Origin: Thermodesulfobacteriota bacterium
GTDB taxonomy: Bacteria; Desulfobacterota; WTBG01; JAGOGO01
DNA length: 32,000 nucleotides
Direction: 5' to 3'
Assembly: GCA_026625185.1 (NCBI GenBank)
Contig: CP113000.1
Coordinates: forward strand, 3,042,651 to 3,074,650
This document shows, one piece after another, positions 16,638-24,680 of this stretch. Each line of letters starts with the position of its first letter. The stretch's first letter is position 1. Below the pieces are notes generated by a model. It did not search any database. It saw only the letters and a list, made by a program, of their open reading frames with translations, and was not told the origin of the DNA. The translations under genes were made by a program, and so were the position numbers.

Positions 16638-19166
16638 TCAATATCTATTGCTTTCTACTGCTCCTATACTCACCCTGATCGGACTGGATTCCAAACCGTA
16701 AAGCAACTCAAGCCCTTTACAGTCCGAGAGGCCCCCGAAATTTACCGGATGAGAAAGGTAGGCCACTCCAACCGGGCATTCCGAATCCGCCTTGGTGGTG
16801 ACAATGAGTTGCTTGCCATCCACAATAAGGCTCACCTCCTCACCGGCCGCAAGCCCCCGTTTGGCCAGATCATCCGGATGCAGGCGCAGCCCCCGCTCTA
16901 TTGCCAGTTCCTTTAAGCCCTCCACGACATAGGAGAGATCGATCCCTCGGTGCTGAAAACCGGCCGGCTCGACGACCAGGAGCATTTCCCCTGTGCCGAC
17001 AGGTGAATGATCCCTCTTTTCGATAGTAAGGTCGCTCGTGGCTTTCAACAAACGCGGCTGCCGGTCCGGCCTGGCGGGAAAGCCGGGTATGGTCTCATGG
17101 ATTTCCCTTAAGATCTCTTCTTCATTTTTAAACTGCAGGTCCTCGCTGTCCAGTTGTTGACCCAGTTCAGAAAAGATCTTCCAATCCGGTCGCACGAAGC
17201 CGGTCACCGCGCCATCGGGCAGGTTTTCTATCTTTACAAGCTCCTGGACCCGGCCCTCGATATTGGTCAAGGTGCCTCCGGCCTCGGCAAAACTGGCGGC
17301 CGGCAGAAAGGCATCCACCGGGAACGGCGGGTAATAAATATCCTGACTGATCAGATAATCGCAATCCGGCCGCTCCTGAAACGGGGCCTGGCCGACAAGG
17401 TAAATCACCTTGGGCCGTTTCTGTTTCTTCATCACATCAGCGAGGGATATTCCTTGCTTTTTGGATTTGGCCCCTCCGGGAAGCAGCTCACCAAAGGCGC
17501 CAAGCTCAATGGAACCGCGCACATTGCTGCCGTGGTAAAGAGGCACAAAAATTGTGTCCTTGCGCTTTGCCAATTGGAAAATCGCATCAACCAATGCGGT
17601 GTTGTCGCCATATTCAAAAACAGTCGGAGAAATAATGACCGCCAGGTTCTCACCCTTATCCAGTGACTCTATTGCCTTTTTCAATCTGTCTTCATCCAGA
17701 CCGGCCTGCTTGGAAATGGATTTTAAACTGCCCTTCTTTCCTCCGAGGCGTTGCGCCATAAAACTGAGGAGCATTCCTTCCGCGCCGGGCCTGGGCCGCA
17801 GCCAGTGATCAGTATAGCGGGCCAGGTTCGAATCCCGGGCATCGATGGTCACCAGATCGGCTCCTTTCTTAAGAGCGCGACGGATCTGAACTCCAACCAC
17901 TGAAAAATAGAAACGGGAATCGAGGCCTACCGCTATAATGGAATCCGCCTCGGCAATGCCCTTGATGGAAATGGGGAGCGAAAAGAGCTTGCTCCACAGA
18001 CCCAGGCCACCAGGGAGACTCAAGCGAGCGGTGGAATCAATGCTGTCACTTCCCAGGCAGTGCCGCACAAACTTCTGGGCAGCATAAAGGCTTTCATTAG
18101 TAAGATCGCCGGAAACAACCATGAGGAATTCGTCCTTTTTGAGGCCCTTGAGTTTACTAACCACCTCTGTCTGGGCCTCAGGCCAGGTCACCTCGCGGAA
18201 GTATTTACCGCGTCTGAGCATCGGTTTTTTGGCGCGCTCGTGATAGTGGGTTGCCTCCGGCAACGAGAACCGGCCTCGCACGCAAAGCTGACCGTCATTG
18301 ATCTCGCTATCGAGATTGGGGTAGACTTTGGAAAGCCTTCCGCCCTTATGATGGAGATCAATCTGGCAACCGATGCTGCAAAAGGGACACGTGGAAATCT
18401 CTATCCCGTCAGGCTTTCCATCCCACTTGGAGCTTTTATCCGCCAGGGCGCCGGTCGGACAGACCGAAACGCAGGCACCGCAGAATTCACAACCGGCCTC
18501 CACGTGATTCTTGCCAAAGGAGGGCCCGATTTGCACCTTGGGCCCCCGGTATTTGAACGATAGAATCGAAGTGCCGCGCAACTCCTGGCACATCCTAACG
18601 CAGCGCCCGCAAAGGATGCAGACATTATAATCCCGGTCAAAAAAAGGATCATCATGCTCTGCTTCATAGCCGCGGTAATAAACCGGATAGGTGATTTCGG
18701 CCAAGCCGATCCTTTCCACGACGTTTTGCAGCTCACACTGATTGTCATTCGGGCAATAGCGGCAGCCGGTGCTCACGCCGGTTTTTCGGATCGTATATTG
18801 ATACTGCTTGCATTCCTCGCTTTCACCGCAAACCAGACAACTCGAGGGATGCTCACTCAGGATAAGCTGCAGAATTTCCTTGCGCATGTCCCTCAAAGTC
18901 GCGGTATCGGTCAGTATCTTCATGCCCTCCTCAGCAATGGTGCTACAGGCCAGCGGATATCCGCGCATCCCCTCAATCTCGACGATGCACATGCGGCAGC
19001 CGCCAAAAGGGCTCAGATCCTTGTGCGAGCAGAGAGAGGGGATGTAGACGTTGTTCAGTTCCGCAACCCTGAGTACTGTGGCCCCTTCCGGGAAAGAGAC
19101 GGTGCGGTGGTCGATTTCCATCTTAAATGTTTGTATTTCCTTTGATCGGCTAAGTTTTTCGGTCAC
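16638..19166 (-). CDS. NuoG/FdhA-like Fe-S and molybdopterin-fold subunit lacking the catalytic Cys/Sec (SfrA-like)
   Basis: The N-terminal 2Fe-2S motif is CRMCIVEIEG. The His/Cys cluster motif is HPSSCLVCGESEEC, and a second copy follows (CRYCPNDNQCELQ). Two further ferredoxin-type motifs are CILCGRCVRMC and CEFCGACVSVCP. MopB Fe4S4 motifs are STCPFCSIGCQIDL and GQLCVRGRF. A C-terminal Molydop_binding-like barrel is present. The start is uncertain: GTG 19166 with GAGG upstream, or ATG 19121. Confidence 0.8.
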   Translation of the reverse strand: MTEKLSRSKEIQTFKMEIDHRTVSFPEGATVLRVAELNNVYIPSLCSHKDLSPFGGCRMCIVEIEGMRGYPLACSTIAEEGMKILTDTATLRDMRKEILQLILSEHPSSCLVCGESEECKQYQYTIRKTGVSTGCRYCPNDNQCELQNVVERIGLAEITYPVYYRGYEAEHDDPFFDRDYNVCILCGRCVRMCQELRGTSILSFKYRGPKVQIGPSFGKNHVEAGCEFCGACVSVCPTGALADKSSKWDGKPDGIEISTCPFCSIGCQIDLHHKGGRLSKVYPNLDSEINDGQLCVRGRFSLPEATHYHERAKKPMLRRGKYFREVTWPEAQTEVVSKLKGLKKDEFLMVVSGDLTNESLYAAQKFVRHCLGSDSIDSTARLSLPGGLGLWSKLFSLPISIKGIAEADSIIAVGLDSRFYFSVVGVQIRRALKKGADLVTIDARDSNLARYTDHWLRPRPGAEGMLLSFMAQRLGGKKGSLKSISKQAGLDEDRLKKAIESLDKGENLAVIISPTVFEYGDNTALVDAIFQLAKRKDTIFVPLYHGSNVRGSIELGAFGELLPGGAKSKKQGISLADVMKKQKRPKVIYLVGQAPFQERPDCDYLISQDIYYPPFPVDAFLPAASFAEAGGTLTNIEGRVQELVKIENLPDGAVTGFVRPDWKIFSELGQQLDSEDLQFKNEEEILREIHETIPGFPARPDRQPRLLKATSDLTIEKRDHSPVGTGEMLLVVEPAGFQHRGIDLSYVVEGLKELAIERGLRLHPDDLAKRGLAAGEEVSLIVDGKQLIVTTKADSECPVGVAYLSHPVNFGGLSDCKGLELLYGLESSPIRVSIGAVESNRY

Positions 19167-19173
19167 GGTAACC

Positions 19174-21045
19174 TCACGATTCAATGATGATGGCATCGCC
19201 GGCTATGGCGTCAAAACGACAGATTTCATAACAAGAGCGGCACTTGATGCACTTGCTCTCATCCAGATTATGCACCTCGGAACGGGGTCCGGTGATCGCC
19301 CCGGTCGGACAGACTTGGACACAGCGCTGGCACCCCGTGCACTTCTCCTTGATGATACGATAAACGACCAGGTCGCGGCACACCGCTGCCGGACAACGCT
19401 TGTTTACGATATGCGACAAGTACTCCTCGCGAAAATATTTGAGGGAGGTAAAAACCGGATTGGGCGCGGTCTGGCCAAGACCGCAGAGTGAGGCGCCCTT
19501 GATTGCACCGCCCAGCTGTTCCAACTTGGCCATGTCCGCGATCTCGCCCTTGCCCTTACATATCTTTTGGAGAATGTTGACAAGATGCCGGGTCCCGACC
19601 CTGCAGGGCACGCATTTTCCGCAAGATTCGGCCTGCGTGAAGCTTAGAAAATACTTGGCAGTGTCCACAATACAGGTATCTTTATCAATGACAATCAGGC
19701 CCCCTGAGCCCATGATCGATCCGGCCTTGCCCAGATTCTCATAATCAATTGGTGTGTCCAAGAATTCCTTTCCCAGACATCCTCCGGAAGGGCCACCGGT
19801 CTGTACGGCTTTGAACTCCTTGACCAGACCCCCGCCAATATCGAAAATCACCTGGCGCAACGTAGTACCGAGCGGGACTTCGATCAGTCCGGTGCGCCTC
19901 ACCTTACCGACCAGGCTGAAGGTCTTGGTACCCTTTGAGGTCTCGGTGCCGTATTGCGCATACCATTCGGCGCCGTTGCGGATGATGTTCGGTAGTGTCC
20001 CCAGCGTTTCCACGTTGTTGATAACGGTGGGTTTACCCCAAAGTCCGGATACGGCCGGAAACGGCGGCCGGGTGCGCGGCATGCCTCTCTTGCCTTCAAT
20101 GCTTGCAATGAGGGCGGTTTCTTCACCGCAGACAAAGGCGCCGGCACCTTCCTTGATCTTGATGTCAAAGTTAAAGTCGGTTCCCAGGATATGATCCCCA
20201 AGCAGTTCCATTTCCCTCATGTCCGCGATAGCCCGTTTCAGCCGTTCAATGGCCAGGGGGTACTCTGCCCGGATGTAGATGAAGCCCTTGGTGGCGCCCA
20301 GGGTGTAGGCGGCGATCAAAATGCCTTCCAGCAGGGCATGAGGATCACCCTCGATCAGTGAGCGGTTCATGAAGGCCCCGGGATCACCTTCATCTGCATT
20401 GCAGATTAAATAGCGTTCATCGCTTGCGGTTTCCCGGCTAAAAAGCCACTTGCGCCAAGTGGGAAAGCCTGCACCGCCCCTGCCGCGCAGACCCGCGTGC
20501 TTGACGACGTCAAGCACGTCCAGCCAGGGCAAGGAAAGGCTTTTTTCAATTGCCTTATAACCATCGCGGGCTAGATAGTGATCCATATCTTCAGGATCAA
20601 TGATGCCGCAGTTTCTGAGGACGATCCGGACTTGGGAACCAAGCATGGGGTGCTCGAAAAATTTCGGTACCTTGTCAATGGTCGCTTCTCCGAAATGACC
20701 CAAGAGGCGTGGTTTATAAATCTCTTTTTTCTCAAAAAACGAATCCAAGAGATGATTAATAGTAGCCGGACTCATATTGGAGTAGCTGATGCGCGGCTGG
20801 CCAGGCATCTGAATGTCAACCAGCGGCTCCAGGTAGCATGGCCCAATGCAGCCGACCCGCATCAATTCCGCGGCTATGCTTTTATTCTGTAGGTAAGATT
20901 CGATGGCGGTGATCACCTCGGCCGCTCCGGCCGCCAGCCCACAGGAACCGGCGCCCACATAAATCAGAGGGCGTTTGTTGTTTTGGAGTTGAATCCACTT
21001 CTTTTCCGCTTTATGACGACGTTCTTCGATCTTATTTTTGTTCAT
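19174..21045 (-). CDS. NuoF-like NADH/FMN subunit of HydB type (extra N-terminal thioredoxin-like 2Fe-2S domain and C-terminal 2x[4Fe-4S] domain)
   Basis: 623 aa with GSCGLAAGA...GCIGPCYLEP at the N-terminus, GLRGRGGAGFPTWRKW at the FMN/NADH site, ESCGKCVPCRVG for the N3 cluster, and C-terminal CTGCQRCVQVCP and CIKCRSCYEIC. Confidence 0.9.
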   Translation of the reverse strand: MNKNKIEERRHKAEKKWIQLQNNKRPLIYVGAGSCGLAAGAAEVITAIESYLQNKSIAAELMRVGCIGPCYLEPLVDIQMPGQPRISYSNMSPATINHLLDSFFEKKEIYKPRLLGHFGEATIDKVPKFFEHPMLGSQVRIVLRNCGIIDPEDMDHYLARDGYKAIEKSLSLPWLDVLDVVKHAGLRGRGGAGFPTWRKWLFSRETASDERYLICNADEGDPGAFMNRSLIEGDPHALLEGILIAAYTLGATKGFIYIRAEYPLAIERLKRAIADMREMELLGDHILGTDFNFDIKIKEGAGAFVCGEETALIASIEGKRGMPRTRPPFPAVSGLWGKPTVINNVETLGTLPNIIRNGAEWYAQYGTETSKGTKTFSLVGKVRRTGLIEVPLGTTLRQVIFDIGGGLVKEFKAVQTGGPSGGCLGKEFLDTPIDYENLGKAGSIMGSGGLIVIDKDTCIVDTAKYFLSFTQAESCGKCVPCRVGTRHLVNILQKICKGKGEIADMAKLEQLGGAIKGASLCGLGQTAPNPVFTSLKYFREEYLSHIVNKRCPAAVCRDLVVYRIIKEKCTGCQRCVQVCPTGAITGPRSEVHNLDESKCIKCRSCYEICRFDAIAGDAIIIES

Positions 21046-21484
21046 CGAGAATCCCCTGAAGTTTCAAAACAGACATCTGGGCATAGATTTTAGTATCTAA
21101 GGTAAACACCGGAGCAAGCGCACAACAACCCAGACAGGCCACCCGTTCAAGGTCGTACTTGCCATCTTTTGTTGTTTCTCCGGGATTTAATTCAAGCCGG
21201 CGCTTCACCACCTCGATCATCTGCTCGCCTCCCTTGACGTGGCATGCGGTGCCCAGACAGACTCTGAGATGATGCTTTCCCCGTGGTGTGAAGTGAAATT
21301 GGGCATAAAAGGTGGCAACTCCGTAGATCTCGTTTTCAGAGATCTTGAGCCAGCGCGATATCCGGCTTAATGCGTCCTGGGGTAGGTACCCATAAACCGA
21401 CTGGACTTTCTGTAATACGGGTATGAGATCCGCGGGCTCTCCCTTGAATTCCTCTTCAATCGTTTCTATCGGGCTACTGGCCAT
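21032..21484 (-). CDS. NuoE-like [2Fe-2S] subunit (HydC type)
   Basis: CLGTACHVKG and CLGCCALAP. The ATG at 21484 is preceded by AGGAGGA with 8-nt spacing. The 3' end overlaps the nuoF-like start by 14 nt. Confidence 0.9.
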   Translation of the reverse strand: MASSPIETIEEEFKGEPADLIPVLQKVQSVYGYLPQDALSRISRWLKISENEIYGVATFYAQFHFTPRGKHHLRVCLGTACHVKGGEQMIEVVKRRLELNPGETTKDGKYDLERVACLGCCALAPVFTLDTKIYAQMSVLKLQGILDEQK

Positions 21485-21733
21485 GGTCAATATCCTCCTC
21501 TAACACGCAATGCGGCCATTTCAAAGATGGACGTTTTCCAAGATAGTTTCAAAACGGCTTTTTAACTTCAATGTGATCAAGATATCTTCTCTAATGCCTG
21601 ACCACAAGGAAATAACTCTCACAAGAAAGATGGGTTTGAAACAGCCTCTTCTGTGCTAACTTTAGCTCCCCGTTTCTGAATTTATTTCTCAACAGCTTAA
21701 TTGAATTATAGTAACCTGATATTTTTAATCGGA

Positions 21734-21778
21734 ATGGGGTAACGCAGGGAGCCAGTAAGACGACCGGAGTTACCCCAT
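21734..21778 (-). promoter_or_regulatory. Long hairpin in the untranslated region upstream of the nuoE-like gene
   Basis: A perfect 10-bp inverted repeat ATGGGGTAAC (21734..21743) / GTTACCCCAT (21769..21778) encloses a 25-nt segment. That segment can form a second 5-bp helix (CCGGU/ACUGG). A perfect TATAAT (minus strand, 21710..21705) lies just downstream. Confidence 0.35.
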
Positions 21779-22209
21779 CGCCGGCAAAAACGAAAGAAGT
21801 TCGCCATGAGTGTAGGCGAAGATAAAAATATCTTACCAAATAGTTTAACTGAGGGAAAGAAGAATAATGGCAATTTCAAGCCAGGTCCACCAGAGTCTGT
21901 ACATTGAATTCTGCCGGATAGGGGAGAGTCTGTTTTGCAAATGGCCAAGAAAGAAGAATAGGCAGATTTAGCCCACCGCATACTTGCCGTAATCCCTTGG
22001 AATTTGGATTTGTTTTTCGCCTCTTTTCCCGCGGTATATCGCATTTTGCTCTCTGCCAATCTGATGACAATGGGAAGGAAGTAAGCCATCAAAATAAAAA
22101 CATCTTGATACAATACCTAAAACTAATAATTCTTAATTCTAAACCAATGTCAGTGTGTGGTGTAATTATTCTTTGAGTTGAGTCATTGGCTCAGAAACTC
22201 GGCAGCAGT

Positions 22210-22539
22210 CTACTTGATACCGAGTTCAATGAGTTTGGACGCGAATAGCCAGGTATCAACTTCCGTACTAAAAAGTGCGATGCCAGCTTTACTTGCAAGT
22301 CCCACTACGTCCTCGGCAGGCTTTTTCCCCTTGGTGAAGACGATTGCCGCAACATCTACCAGGTTTGCAGCGGCAATAAGGCTCTTGTGGGTCTGGAGTG
22401 TAATCAAAATTACATTGGCCTTGGCGTTGGTGATAATATCGGAAACCATATCTGAGATATATACTCCTTCAACCTCCTTATCTGTGTATTGATTGACAGA
22501 TTCAAGCCCGCTTTTTTTTTCGAGTTCGGATAGCTTCAT
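22210..22539 (-). CDS. DRTGG-domain protein (second paralog)
   Basis: 109 aa with DMVSDIITNAKANVILITLQTHKSLIAAANLVDVAAIVFTKGKKP, a layout similar to ORF 13890..14234. AAGGAG lies 5 nt before the ATG. Confidence 0.7.
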   Translation of the reverse strand: MKLSELEKKSGLESVNQYTDKEVEGVYISDMVSDIITNAKANVILITLQTHKSLIAAANLVDVAAIVFTKGKKPAEDVVGLASKAGIALFSTEVDTWLFASKLIELGIK

Positions 22540-22573
22540 AATATCTCCTTACATATTTATATCAACGCACTAT

Positions 22574-23095
22574 TTAATAAATCTCGGTAAGTCCCGTGTC
22601 GGCCAGGACTATGCCTCTACATCTATCAACACTGCAACACTGAATGCACGGCACAATAAGAATCTTCTTGCCGGGAGCCTTGATGTTCTGGTTGAAATAT
22701 TTATTGAGTGCCTCTATGCTTTCCTTACTGACACATTTCCCCGAAGAGTGCGTGCTGTCGGCACAGAGAGCTACATAAACCCAAGTTCCCATGCCTTCCT
22801 TTTTGGCAATCCTGGCAACATTGCATTGCGGGTCTTCACAGGTTGACATCATCAGACCCACCATGTCATCAAGCTTTGAAGTTTTGCCGCATTTTGTGCA
22901 CTTGAAATTGAATTTCACGGCCTGTGAACTTCCAAAGTACGCCCAAAAATGTTCACCTTCCTGATATTCATCTTTCGGGGCAACAACCTCGGTAGAAAAA
23001 AACGAAGACCGGGCTTTACATCTTGTACAACCCTCCACAACAAGATATCCGTAACGGATGTCGGCCATTTCCCACTTGTGAATACAACTACCCAT
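22574..23095 (-). CDS. Cysteine-rich protein of unknown function (zinc-ribbon-like CxxC pairs)
   Basis: 13 Cys residues, including CTRC, CTKC, CEDPQC and CIQCC...C. The ATG at 23095 is preceded by GGAGG (23107..23103) with 7-nt spacing; the track start at 23128 lacks an SD. No family recognised. Confidence 0.55.
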   Translation of the reverse strand: MGSCIHKWEMADIRYGYLVVEGCTRCKARSSFFSTEVVAPKDEYQEGEHFWAYFGSSQAVKFNFKCTKCGKTSKLDDMVGLMMSTCEDPQCNVARIAKKEGMGTWVYVALCADSTHSSGKCVSKESIEALNKYFNQNIKAPGKKILIVPCIQCCSVDRCRGIVLADTGLTEIY

Positions 23096-23116
23096 TGGTG
23101 GTCCTCCATTTCTTTT

Positions 23117-23139
23117 GATAGACATCATGAATGTCTATC
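23117..23139. promoter_or_regulatory. 9-bp inverted repeat in the leader of the Cys-rich gene
   Basis: GATAGACAT-CATGA-ATGTCTATC lies about 10 nt upstream of the SD. Confidence 0.3.
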
Positions 23140-23279
23140 CGAATTAGACAAAGACCTCTTTTCACCGTTTTACAGCTGTTTATGATCACTCTTTTTTTCA
23201 TTGGACAGGTTTTTGGCACTAATTTTTCTTATACCAACTTAAAATAATTAAAAAAAAAACGCATCTTCCGGTTGAATTT

Positions 23280-23309
23280 TATATATCACGGAAAAACCCG
23301 TTATGTCAA
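23280..23309 (-). promoter_or_regulatory. Sigma70-type promoter candidate (extended -10) for the Cys-rich/DRTGG genes
   Basis: On the minus strand: TTGACA (23309..23304), an 18-nt spacer ending in TGA, then TATATA (23285..23280). Confidence 0.4.
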
Positions 23310-23607
23310 GATAAATTGTTTCTTTTTGAAGTCTATTTTTTATTAACATAAAAACCCGGAATTTCCCGAACTGCTTTCAACCGACCGTCTCGTCTGGCTT
23401 CGGGATACACCAAAGCCAAACTGGGTTTTCGCAGGAGGGTATACTGACATAAATATCTTTATTTGTCAAATTATTTATTGCGTTTTTATTAATTAAAAAT
23501 GGTTTATTTTTTTTATCTTTATCCCCTTTAAGGTGAAAGAAAGACTACCAGCACCCATGCCATAGTTTAACAGTACAAATTATTACTCCTATTATTTCTA
23601 TCCTTGA

Positions 23608-24390
23608 TTACTTGGCAGATGGATAGTCTTGGTCAGATTGCAGTTTTCCTTCCTCGTCATACGTTTTTCTTTTTATCCTCAGTCCGTTTTGATAGGTGTC
23701 CAGAAATTGTATCTTCCCGTTCAGGTAATAAGTTTTACAGACACCATCCAACTTTTCATTGTTGAAATTCGCCTCCGCCATTAACTCACCGCTTTCAAAA
23801 TATAACTTCGTTATTCCTTCCTGTTTGTCGTTTTTATAGTTCCGCGCAGCTTTTAATTTTCCATTTTCATAATATTCCTTGTCTACCCCTTCCTGTTGCC
23901 CATTGATATACTTCTCTTCTCCCATTAATTTCCCGCTTTCATAGTATTCCTTAACTATCCCTTCCGGTTTCCCGTCCTTATAGATAATCTCTTCTTCTAA
24001 TTTACCGCTTACATAGTAACCTTTACTCAATCCTTCCGGTTTGCCATTCCGAAAGATTACCTCTTTCTTCAACTCCCCATTTTCATAATATTTCTTACTA
24101 ACACCTTCCAGCACCCCGGCTTTAAAATTCACCTCTCCTTTTATCTTCCCACTTTTATAATATTCTTTCGTCATTCCTTCTTGTTTGCCCTTTTTGTAAA
24201 ACGACTCATACTGCAATTTTCCGTCTTCATAATATTTTTTACTGATCCCTTCCAGCATTCCGTTGTTATAATTCCATTCCGCCTTTACCCTACCGTTCGT
24301 GTAATATTCTTTTTTGATTTCTGCCAACCCAAGCACAGGCCTAATCAAGGCTATCATAGATAAAAATATTAAACTTCTTTTGATATTCAT
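23608..24390 (-). CDS. Secreted MORN-repeat (YwqK-type) protein
   Basis: The signal peptide MNIKRSLIFLSMIALIRPVLGLA is followed by about 10 repeats of the Y(Y/F)xxGKLxxExxYKNGKxEG pattern. The ATG at 24390 is preceded by GAGGAG; an alternative ATG lies at 24405. Confidence 0.8.
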   Translation of the reverse strand: MNIKRSLIFLSMIALIRPVLGLAEIKKEYYTNGRVKAEWNYNNGMLEGISKKYYEDGKLQYESFYKKGKQEGMTKEYYKSGKIKGEVNFKAGVLEGVSKKYYENGELKKEVIFRNGKPEGLSKGYYVSGKLEEEIIYKDGKPEGIVKEYYESGKLMGEEKYINGQQEGVDKEYYENGKLKAARNYKNDKQEGITKLYFESGELMAEANFNNEKLDGVCKTYYLNGKIQFLDTYQNGLRIKRKTYDEEGKLQSDQDYPSAK

Positions 24391-24680
24391 AGCAATACTC
24401 CTCATCCTTTCTTTAACAAAAAAATCCGGGAATTCCTATCGCTCATAAACAAGCTCCTTTTCATTATCCTATAGGCATTAGTGTCAAAAATTGTCTGAAT
24501 AGAGTAAGAATATTGAGTAGAAAGTTTAAAGCATATGCGTTACCAAACCGACTAAAAATCCCTTGCTATTTGCGATTGGGATCTATTGAGCATGTCTACT
24601 TTTTATCAGCGCTGGTCCTAAATCCAGATCATCATCGACATATAAAACTTAAGAGCACCTCTAATAATTCCCAGTTTGTC

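Noticed and set aside
21869-21884. Sigma54-like element CTGGCTTGAAATTGCC on the minus strand in the long gap upstream of the nuoE-like gene
   Set aside because: The GG-to-GC spacing is 9 nt instead of the invariant 10 nt of -24/-12 promoters. No enhancer-binding protein gene is present in the window.
21706-22113. The 135-aa ORF (and the 82-aa and 64-aa ORFs) in the 725-bp gap as real genes
   Set aside because: They have no Shine-Dalgarno sequence before any candidate start and odd F/S/R/L-rich composition. They show no recognisable motif and overlap one another in different frames. A small real CDS cannot be fully excluded without comparative data.
23608-24390. Periodic DNA repeats in this region as a CRISPR-like or satellite array
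   Set aside because: The periodicity is protein-level (MORN/YwqK repeats of about 23 aa) inside one continuous ORF with a signal peptide. The repeat units are divergent at the DNA level and have no spacer structure.
24402-24446. 14-codon upstream ORF (MSDRNSRIFLLKKG) with a good SD (AAAGGAG) whose TGA overlaps the alternative ATG (24405) of the MORN gene
   Set aside because: It is too short to support from sequence alone and has no distinctive regulatory codon content. I note it only as a possible translational-coupling leader.
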